A program made the translations under genes and the position numbers. A stretch of DNA of 64,000 bases. Source: Antedon mediterranea. Taxonomy: Eukaryota; Animalia; Echinodermata. The notes below the pieces were generated by a model. It saw only the letters and a list, made by a program, of their open reading frames with translations, was not told the origin of the DNA and made no database searches. Within the stretch, counting starts at the first letter, position 1, and each line of letters opens with the position of its first letter. Location of the stretch: positions 27,360,871 through 27,424,870 of the forward strand of contig NC_092676.1 of NCBI RefSeq assembly GCF_964355755.1, in the 5' to 3' direction. Shown piece by piece: positions 23,719 to 34,600 of the stretch.

Positions 23719-26700
23719 CCTGCAATATTAATTTGTAATCAACATAAATTATTCAATCTAACATATTAATAAGGATAGTGGTTTTAGCTATACAAAAAAA
23801 AACAAAAACCAAAAAACAAAAACAAACAATATTTTCTAAGAATAACTACAGTCTATTGTTGATATTCATTTATTTTGGTCAAATTTCCAATATCAAATTC
23901 ATCTACATTCTTATAAATTATTTATTTTAATGGAGTTAGATTGGATTTGAACCCTTTGAAATTGTCCAACATTAAGGTTAATGCTTAACATATAAATTAT
24001 AATTTGAAACGGTTTGTAATTTGTAAATAATAAATATTAAAGTCACCTTTTCATAATGGTTGTACTTAAGCTTCTTATTAGGTGCTGACGTGGTTATTGA
24101 AAAGTAAGAAAGATTCAAATAGGTGCTGACGCTGTTAATCATGGAACCTGTTACTGTATTTAGTATTCGGTTAAAAAAAAGTTAAATTTTATCTCTACAT
24201 TGAAATTTTATTTGCTATAAGACAATTTGTCTTAAAATCACTGATTTATCTATTCAATGTTTACCAGACCTAGTATAGACTCACCAAAAAGGCAGCAGGG
24301 TTTTTCCAACCATTTATTCTTTTTTGACCCTTTACGATGCTCCTCCTAGCCACACCCATCACATTAATGCGCCAGAGTGACTATCATTTCCATGCATTAA
24401 TATGTAGGCCTACGTAGATAATTGCCACAGGCATAAAATTGGTTGATTTTCCAGCTATGCTGACCCCTCTGGGCTCCTGACAATTAAATTTATCGCATGA
24501 CAGTCCAATTGATATACATTAAAAGATCATTATCCAACTAGGCTACTCATCTTCCTATCTATCTATAATATGCAAAACATCATCTACACTAATATAATCA
24601 TCGTATACTCTATCCGTATACTCTCTAACCAATATTTCAATCTTTCTTTCGACTAAAGCCGAAGTACAGTATAAGCCTAGTCGTATCTCGGGACCATTCT
24701 ATGGTCACCACCACTAGGTAGGCTTACTTCATCAAGGCTTCTATGAATGGATGACTAGTTGGGAGCAGGAACGCTTGGTAGACCAAACCATGAATAACCA
24801 AACCATGAATAACCAAACCCACGAACGTTTACCGATCATTTGGGAAATTCCCTCACGATGTATTCAAACGTTGAGAGCGCTCTACTCCATGGAGAGATTT
24901 TTTTTTTTTGCATGTCCGTATTTTGATTTCACACTTGTTTTTTAAGATGTTATACGTTGAGAGATCTTTTTTTTTGCATTTAAATATGTTGCTGTATGTT
25001 TATTATCTATTAAATGTTTGCCTATTGTTTATTATCTAAATGTATCAATAAATTACAAAAGATATTTATTTTCCTTTAGTCATTTTATTTAAACTTTTAA
25101 ATTTTCACCGTTGTGTACTAATGCTGGTATAATTATTCACCAGTTTCTAAATGTTTTTATAATGTATTCATAATGGGCAAATAATATACCAGTATCAGTA
25201 TATTTAGTGTGGTTGTTGAAGCGACAGCACTATTTAAAGAAAAATGTAACAAGTAAAATAAATATTTCATTTCACCAATTATAAACCACTAAACAAAAAA
25301 ATCATGCCGCAACGTATCGTAGACGTAACATAAGAAAATACTCTTCTATCTATTTTGCATCCCCTCTTACGATCGATAATCAATGACGAACGTAAAACAG
25401 AAACGGTGTTGAACACGTCGGTTCCTTATTGTGATGACACGTTCTTACGGCGCACTTTGCGTTGATCTGAAAACCAATTTCAGCTCTTAAAATATTTCCC
25501 GGGCCAAATTTGACAGTTCGTCCCAATAGCTTATCATGAACTAACGGAACTTTACGTTTTATCTTTTTATTGTCAAAATAAAAAATAATGGGCCTACTGT
25601 ATTCAAATTATGATTTGACAAAAGGCTAAATATAAAGATAAGCATCTGCGTATTCTGCAAATGTTGCTCGATCGTTAACAACCCGTTAATAGTATATAAT
25701 TTCGTTAGATTTGTTTGTGCAGTGTCAATTCTCTATTTAAATGGTCATTACACAACCGGTAACCTGTTTCTTCCGAAGCTGCCCGTCCTTCAATGTTTAA
25801 AGATTTTTATTTTCTTTTGTTAATGGAGACTCATGGCAGGGATAATGCAAACATTTAGAATCGGGATGTCGACAATCTGTTGAAAATCGTCATCCACAGG
25901 CCTGTGCGATAGAAGGTTGGTGGTTGGTGGTTAAGCCCGATACAAATTCACCATCATCATTAAAGCTTTATAGAGAGTATCACTTGTTTGTATTCATCAC
26001 GGGTGCTTGAAAACAAAAGTCACTTTTTCTTTTTTTTTACTTAGATGATGATGAAGACAATTTAGTGGTTGCCGGAACTGGAACTTATTAAACATGTCTT
26101 TTGACAATGTCGGTAATACCACCGATATGAGTAAACACCCGTTTTAAATTTGAAAAATAAATTAAAGGTGAACACTATCGTCACATTGCAACCGTAAACA
26201 AATCGGAAAATTGTAATTTTGGCGCGCATATGTTGAATTGAATAGCTTTTGTCTTGTGAACGTTGACATAATCGCATGAAAATAATAAGATTTTTCGGAA
26301 TTATGGAAGCCGTTACGAATGTTTACCAATGCGCGCAGTTATCATTAAATGAAACAGATGATATGTCGCAGGAAACGATCAATTTATAAGAAAAATTTGC
26401 TGAGCGGATACCTATCGTTCGTTCTATTTAGCTTTTTGTCAAATTTGGCCCGGGAAATATTTTAAGAGCAGAAATTTCCATATCATCGACGCAAAGTGGG
26501 CCGTAAGAACAACCTTGCGTGTCATTACAAGTGGGAACCGATGACGGAACACGGTGCCGTGGAGGTGTTCAACACCGTTTCTGCTTTATGTTCTTTATTG
26601 ATTATCGATCGTAAGATTAGATAAAAGGCAAATATTATAGATAATAAACATATAGGAAAAGGATCTCTGTATAGTTGTATTCACGCGTATAACATTTTAA

Positions 26701-27777
26701 AAACAAGTGTGAAATTTAAATACGGACACTTTTTATATAGGCTCTTAAAATTAGCCTAAATAGAGTACCGCCATCCTTTACTTCTAAAAATTTACTTTTA
26801 TGTAGTTTATTTCTATACTTTGGATATAGTTTTAAATTGTTGGGCGACGTGTGCTATAAAGTTATCGGAACAAAGTGATATTAATTAATATTGCAATCAA
26901 TTCAATGCTCTGCGTCCGTCGCCTTGCAAATAGCGTGATGTGTGTGTTCGTAAACCATATTAACTCCATTGGCGAAAACGTGTGAGCTTATTCGTAGATA
27001 AAGTCATGTTTTGAAATCGAAATATTTTTATAGAATCTGTAAAGTCAAGGTGTTATCACGATTTTGTATGATTTTGGTCGGATTTTGTGTACACTACCAT
27101 TTCGTAGGGTCTTCGATTTCGAGGTCTTCGCTTTCGACACCGTTCGCAGTTTGAAGTACATACTGCCAGTGATCTCAACCGCCTGATCTAAACAATAGGT
27201 ACGCGGTTGTCTGGCAGTGTCCTTTGTACGAATTCGTTCGCGCCCCCAGCTCACTGTATGAGTACGATGATACACGTGTCAATATCATGTTACATCCAGC
27301 AACCAAAAATTCGTATTTATTTTTCAGATGAAAATCAGCAATTCAATTGCAACTTTTAGAAATTTACCAACACGTATTGCTCGACGTACGCTCATACAGG
27401 GAAGAAGGTAGAATACGAGTTTGTTAACCTTTTGTACTGTGAGGCACGTATTTGGAGGATTTTCAGAGATGAGGGAGGGTATATTGGGGATGGGGTTCGC
27501 AGTCGGAAAGCAGACCACCCCCCCCCCCCCCCACATGTAATATTAAAAAAACTAAGTTGTAAATTGAGTTTTGATTTTTAGACTTTATTTTAATTTATTA
27601 CACTGAAACCAAAGCATTATTTGCACACTCCAGGAATATACAAATAAATGAATGTAATCATCATAATTTTTTCTCTAAGTTCAGTACTGTAACATTATTT
27701 GATGCTGTAGAATCACCAAACACCAACGATATTTTAAAATTTGTGTTTCTAGGTAAAATGTGGCATTTACAGTATAT

Positions 27778-27927
27778 TCAAATTAATTAATTAAATTTCA
27801 GTATATCACTGGGCGGTTTAGAATTAATTTTCTTTGCCTACTGTGTTTATAGTAAAAACAAATCAGGCAAAGAACATTAATTCTAAACCGCCCGGTGATA
27901 TACTGAAATTTAATTAATTATTTTGAA
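27778..27927. mobile_element. Palindromic ~150-bp MITE-like hairpin
   Basis: TAATTAATTAAATTTCAGTATATCACTGGGCGGTTTAGAATTAAT pairs with ATTAATTCTAAACCGCCCGGTGATATACTGAAATTTAATTAATTA. Absent from the homologous flank of copy A. Confidence 0.65.
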
Positions 27928-28611
27928 ACGATAAAGATGAGGAAATCTGTGAGAATGAGAAAAAGTCGACCCAACCAATATATATATATATTTGACATGA
28001 TCTTTTTGTTACATTTTACAGTATACAGTACTGTAGGTAACAAAGGCCTGCATTGTGTTTTCTCATAATCTAGATATTCTCACTTGTCACCTAACAGCGT
28101 TAACAGATAGAAGTTACTGTTCACATTAGGTAAGGCTATAAAATACTAGAATTTATTTTTAAATTGTTGCTAAATTAAACTACTATGTACACACTGTCTT
28201 AGTTGTATTTTTCATTAATTAGGAATTACATGCAATATACAAAAAATATATATAATGATAATAATTAAATAATTTTAATTTATGCTTACATGGGGAGAGT
28301 CGTTTGTTCAATTTTAATAATTAAACATTTTGATTGTGCTGTCACTGTAATTTGCTACAGCAACCATACATGGGTTATATTAAAAATATGTAATGTAATA
28401 ATATAAAAATACACATTGAATGATTAGATTAAGAATTAAAATACTAAAGATATTATTTATATTTTTTCATTTATTATGAATTAGGCAAAAATGGATCATA
28501 TTCAGATATGTACAACATTTAGAATTTGATTTAATAAATTGAATATTTCAATTTATATAGGAAATACTTTATATAATTAATGTATATACATAGGGAAGGG
28601 TAGACTTGCTT

Positions 28612-30345
28612 TTAATAATCAAACATTTTGATTGTGCTATCACTGTAATGTGCTACAGCAACCATACATGGGTTATGAGAAATGATACATAACTGCTGTG
28701 GTGAACTAATTCCATCTTCTTGTTTATCAATTCTTTTGATAAAATGTCCATCACTACAGAATAGTTGTAGTTTGTTGTTACTTGCTATGATGATGTTATC
28801 ATTCTCATCAACTACAACATCCCATGGCATCATCACCTCACCATCTTCATCTCCTTCATTGATGAGTACTTTCAGTGACTTGTCCTTGTCATCATACAAT
28901 AATATTTGGTTGTCTACTGCATCTGCAACAAGTAGTTGACCAGTTTTTGTAAGTGCAACATCAGAGTAGTATCCCCCTAAGAATCCCCTTTGTGTTTCTT
29001 TTTTCTTCAATATCTTGCCACTATTAAGATCAAACAGCACACATCCTTTGTTCCAATCTGCTACATATATACGATTAGTTGCCTCATCTATGTGAATACC
29101 ACGTGGATCCATCAATACACCCTTACCAATGGATTTGATCACATGACCATTCATATCACATTCTTGAATGCATTTATTACCAAGATCACTAAATGCTATG
29201 TTGCCATTCTTCATTTTGTACATTCTGTTAACCATCACACCTTCTGGAAGTGTAATCTTGCTTATACATTCTCCTGATTGGTTGTATTTGTGAATTTTAT
29301 TTCTGAGAAATGAAACCAGGAAGCAATCATCAAACTTTGCTAATCCATAAGGCTCACCCTTTACTTTGATAGGAAGTGGTTTGAATACAACATTTCTCGG
29401 CATATCTTCAAGTGATTTGAGTACAACATTCCCAATGTCCTTTTCTTTCAATAAATCAATTGGATGTTTGTTTCTGATAAAGTTAATTTGTCTTATAGAA
29501 GTACTGACTTGCTTGATTTGTTCTGATTTATAAATTTCATCCATCAATTTATTTAATACAATCTCATATGATTTCATAGCTATTGCTGTCTCACTCTTTA
29601 GTAACTGATTTAAGGAGCTCATATTTGTGTTTAATTCAGCGTTGATTTTTGTTAATTTTGTAATTTGTAAGTCATTAACTTTCTTTTCATTTTCATAATT
29701 TGCTTCAACTTTTTTCTTCATTTCATCTGCTTTTTTCTGGATTATTAAAAACATTTCTTGAACTTGGTTATCAATATCTGTGAGACTTGCCTCTTTACTT
29801 TCTTCTAGTTCTTTAGCATTCTTTGTGACTATTTTAAGTACATTTTCTATTTTTTGTATCGATTCATTGGCAGCTTTCTTTAAGTCTTCTGATGTTTCCT
29901 TAAATGTATTAAATGCTGTAACAATGTTAATTAGTTCATGTTTTCCATCTCCTGCAGCATGTTCCATTGCAGTGCATTCTACGCATATTGGTACTTTACA
30001 TTTTGTGCAATACATTTCTAATGGTTTAGTATGAGAGGCACACAGCAAGGTAGTGCCTTTAGCCTCATCTTTCTCTTCATGTTGTTTGATGGTTTCCAAG
30101 AGGTTGTTAAGAATTGTATTTGGGGCAAGTTTTTCAAGCCCTCCTACTGGAATAGGATACTCTTTGCGACAAATAGGGCACGTTAGCTTGCCATGATTGG
30201 TTTGAACCCAATTCTCCAAACATTTCAGACAGAAACTATGATGACAGCTAAGTGATTTTGGGTCTTCTAGTCTTTCATTACAAATAGAACATTCTAGTAC
30301 TTTATCATCAATATCCCCAATTATACTTGTATTCTTACTAGCCAT
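28612..30345 (-). CDS. TRIM-NHL copy D, ~577 aa, diverged paralog
   Basis: Start MASKNTS aligns with MASNDIS of the other copies (TTGCAG|G-ATG context). Full RING-Bbox-CC-NHL. Confidence 0.93.
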   Translation of the reverse strand: MASKNTSIIGDIDDKVLECSICNERLEDPKSLSCHHSFCLKCLENWVQTNHGKLTCPICRKEYPIPVGGLEKLAPNTILNNLLETIKQHEEKDEAKGTTLLCASHTKPLEMYCTKCKVPICVECTAMEHAAGDGKHELINIVTAFNTFKETSEDLKKAANESIQKIENVLKIVTKNAKELEESKEASLTDIDNQVQEMFLIIQKKADEMKKKVEANYENEKKVNDLQITKLTKINAELNTNMSSLNQLLKSETAIAMKSYEIVLNKLMDEIYKSEQIKQVSTSIRQINFIRNKHPIDLLKEKDIGNVVLKSLEDMPRNVVFKPLPIKVKGEPYGLAKFDDCFLVSFLRNKIHKYNQSGECISKITLPEGVMVNRMYKMKNGNIAFSDLGNKCIQECDMNGHVIKSIGKGVLMDPRGIHIDEATNRIYVADWNKGCVLFDLNSGKILKKKETQRGFLGGYYSDVALTKTGQLLVADAVDNQILLYDDKDKSLKVLINEGDEDGEVMMPWDVVVDENDNIIIASNNKLQLFCSDGHFIKRIDKQEDGISSPQQLCIISHNPCMVAVAHYSDSTIKMFDY

Positions 30346-31618
30346 CCTGCAATAGCATAAATTATTCAAATTAATAGAGAGAGATAGTAATGGTTTTTGT
30401 TTTAACAGTCTATTCTTTATTGTTGATATTTATTTATTTGGGTAAATTTCAAATTCATCTACATTCTTATAAATTATTTATTTTAATGGAGTTAGATTGG
30501 ATTTGAACCCTTTGAAATTGTCCAACATTAAGGTTGCTTAACATATAAATTATAATTTGAAACTGGTAAAGACCTATATTATTGTAAATAATAAATATTA
30601 AAAATTAAAAAGTCACCTTTTGATAAATGGTTGTACTTAAGATTCCTATTATGTGCTGACGTGGTCGATGAAAAGTAAGAAAGATTCCCACAAGATGCTG
30701 ACGTGGTTATTGAAATGGAAGAAAGATTCCAATAGGTGAGACGTCGTTAATGGGACCTGTTATTTAGTATTCGGAAAAAAAAAAAGTTCAAATTTAACAA
30801 TCTCTACATTGAACCTGTATCCGAGTCATTTGAGTCCAAAACAAAGTCTCTACAGACATTTTAATCGCATTATGTAGCCTATGCAAACATTGATAAATGG
30901 GGTCGAGGGTCAATTGTTGTATTTCCGGTCATTCGTAAATATGTTTCATAGAGCAAATATAAATAAGTACATTTTGAATAAATTAGTAAAAAAAACAAAT
31001 CTTTCGGACTAGTAGTTTTTGAAATATGATAACCCTGTAATTTCACCCTAATTTGCATATTTAAGCTCATTTGCATATCATCAGGATGTGAGTTACAGAG
31101 GTGCGATGCTCAAAAATGTTGACTCCTCATCATTATATGTGACCATTTGAAAAAAAATTCTCTGTTTGCAATTTGTTTCACTCAAAATGATAGATTGCCT
31201 AGCCTACTACTATTACTACTAGTCACACCCATCAAATTAACGCACCACATCATTTCCATACATTAAAATATGTTCGTAGATAATTTCCACAAGCATAAAA
31301 TTGGTTAACTTTCCAGCTGACCCCTCTCCTGACAATGAAATTTATCGCATGACTGTCCAATTGATACACATTAATAAATAATAAAAGATCATACCATCTT
31401 CATCTTCCTATCTATAATGCGGAAGATCATTTGAATATAGTCACATATCTACTTTAATAATAATATACATGTCATCGTGTCATGAATGGATTAACCAAAC
31501 ACAGTCGCGATGGGTAGTTTCTTGTGTGAACGCATGGTGAAAATCGTCGCTCGAGTTTCGACAATGTTTGTTGACCGAGTACGTGTGAATGCCACGTATT
31601 GTTGTCGGTGTGTTCAAG

Positions 31619-34600
31619 ATGAATGAAAAATTACTATTATTTGGCCTAGTTGTCAGCTTTTTATTTCAAATATGTTTAAGTGTTGAAATTGACATGACTG
31701 TTTTGGTACCTGCTGGTAGACGAGAGTGTTTTTATCAGCCCATAAAAGCGAAACAAACTTTAGATTTCGAGTTCCAGGTAGGTATGTTTTTAGGCCTTGC
31801 ACCCCGGCCCACCATGCTGAATTTGAAGTGCCGGTGAGTCAGCAGAAGGTATTTTTCTGGCTCAGTCAGTGCTGAATGGCAAATAGGCCTAGGCCTAGCT
31901 TCGTTGGGGAGTGAGAACATGATCCAGTAATTTAGTGTAATAAAGCGTGTGTAATAAGTAGTTATTCTAGAATTAAACTGAATTAAGGATTATTTTACAA
32001 GCTATAATATAATTAATAAGCCTAGCCCTATAGATAGGAGACACAACTGGTAGACTTCAAGTTCAACTAGGCCTAGGCTAGCTAGGCCTAGCTAGCTAGT
32101 AGGCTAGGCTAGGCCTACCCTCCCTAGCCTAACTAGCTAGAGGGCTAGGCTAGGCCTATATTAGCCTAGGCCAGGCTAGGCCTAGCCCTAGTATAGTCCC
32201 AGGCAGGCCCAGGGATGGCCCCCTATGCCTAGTAGTAGGCCTATTTATTAATATTATAGGGCTAAGCTAGTTATATAGGTAGGCTAGGCCCCAGCCAGAG
32301 GCCCTAGCACTAGCCTGCACAGCCAGGCGGAGGTGGCGCTAGTTAGCCTAGCCTAGCTACCTAGTCACTAGTGCCATATAGGCCTACTACTACTAGTACT
32401 AGACTAGGCTAGTGCCTAAAAGAGTAGGCTAGCCTAGTTCAATGTTACCGATAAAACCTTGTAGGATAAATCAATATTACTATAGGCCTGGCTAATTTAG
32501 TAACTTATTTTAAAAATATTTTTATTTTCATTTTTCATAGGTCATCGAAGGTGGTGATTTAGACATCAACTTTCTTTTAAGGTCACCAAGTAACAAAGCG
32601 GTTGCCACGGAGGCAAGGAAAGCAGAGGGCATTTACACGTAAGTAAATTAAAAAAACGAATATTCATATGGTACTTGCTATTCTCTATAATAAGCCACCA
32701 ACATTTCTGACAATTTTATTGTGCATGCGCTGTGTTTGGTAGAATTAATATAACTGGCACACCTTAATAAAGACCTTCAAGATTCTAAAAGGTGTCTAGG
32801 CTATAAACCCAAAAGACTTCTTCACATCTCTCATAACAACAGAACTCTTGATCACAGTCTGAAGCTTTATCGTCCTAAACTTAAAGCAAATCTCTTGTGC
32901 AGAAATAACTTTTTTTCAATCAGAAAAATTACTTAATTGGAATGCCCTGCACGTGTCGGTTATCCAATCCCCCTCAGTCAACACATTTAAGTCGAGACTT
33001 GACAAAGACTAAACATGGAAGAAAATAGGCACTAGCCTAAACTAATTCCATCAAACATTAAGTGTAAGTGTACCAGATGAATTTTATTAAACACTACAAA
33101 TAAAAAATGTTTTCTTCGCCAAAATTAATTTGCTATTTTTATTTATTTTTTTATTTTAAATTGTTTTGATGATTACAGGAGGACAACGCAAGAAACAGGA
33201 GATTACTTATTTTGTTTTGATAATACTTTTAGCAGAATATCTTCCAAGGTAAGTTTAGAAAAGTCACTCACCCAATTCGTCTGTCCAACCATGGATTAAA
33301 GAATAGAAGGATATGCATCGACGGTGACATCAAACGATTTTACAACGCGCTTGCCTATACTAAAGCACTGCTGCCAATCAAACAAACACGCTCATTGAAC
33401 TCCGTGTCTCTAACCGCAGCCCTCTGTAAAACGCTGCGAATCAACTGTTACATTTTTTTAGACCAAAACGTAACCATGTAGAAATCGTATGCGCAGTCTG
33501 AATGAGTAATTTTAAGTAGTTGGTAATATTAATAAAATATGCAATTTTTATATTTGAATTATCATTATTTGCCTGCCATCTTCTGTCATTAAAAATTGCG
33601 TTAAACTATAGAATATTAAATTATGTATTTGACCATGTATGTTGTTAGCGTGGCCGGTGTTCACCCATACAACAATCGTGTTTTTAATATATGGCTAAGC
33701 AGTGGTTTCTTCATAAATCTCCTTAATTATCGATGTGATTATATTTAAATTGTAGTGCCTGGTGATTGGCTAGTGGTTATGTCATCCACATCGCATCCAA
33801 TCACCGGGTCTAATTGAATGAAAACAGCGATCTCTGATCCGGGATTGGCTGTATAGTTGCGATTCGTTACCTAGCGGTCGTTTTGAAAAGTACACGCATG
33901 GCAAACTTAATCACGAACAAACGAAGTACCTGTTATTATTCACACAAGAAGTAAGACAACGGTGAGTATATACTGTAGATCATGATTACACGTTGTATAT
34001 ACTACACTTAAGATTAGCTTAGGCCTACCTAGGCAGTATCAATGTCGGCAAATCATATGGTTTACTAGTAAGCCTAGAAGGCCTAGGCCTAGTATCCTTG
34101 CTGATTTTGTAATTTTACATGTATGTAGGCTGAGACAACAAATAAATAGTTGTCTCACTCAGATGTAGGGCTACTACAGGTCATAAAATGCTACTTTAAT
34201 GTCATAAAAACATTAGCGTAGATCAATCGCGGCAGAAACCTATATTACAATTATAGCATCTACAATTCTAAGCCAATAACAATATAGTATTGTTTTTATC
34301 TGGTATATTGATGAAATAGGCCTACACTAGGGTCTTCACAATAACATACAATGTAATTTAATAACTGTTTTCAATAAACATTATACTCAGTGGCGTGAGG
34401 CAGAGGCCTCAAGCCACTTGTTTAGGAAACCTAAGTGACCCTCCAAGTTTCAAAGATCGAGGCCTCGGACGTTTTTAGCATTTTCGACATATTTTATGCC
34501 TGTTCCTCTGGGCACTGCTCATGGGCCCCAAGCTTTGGTTTAGCCAGTGAGCGCACATAGCCGTTACGCCACTGATTATACTGTTCAAATATGTATGAAT

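Noticed and set aside
30346-30369. N-terminal extension MNNLCYCR of TRIM copy D in the ORF track
   Set aside because: Starts at TTG and overlaps the splice acceptor. The ATG at 30345 matches the paralogs.
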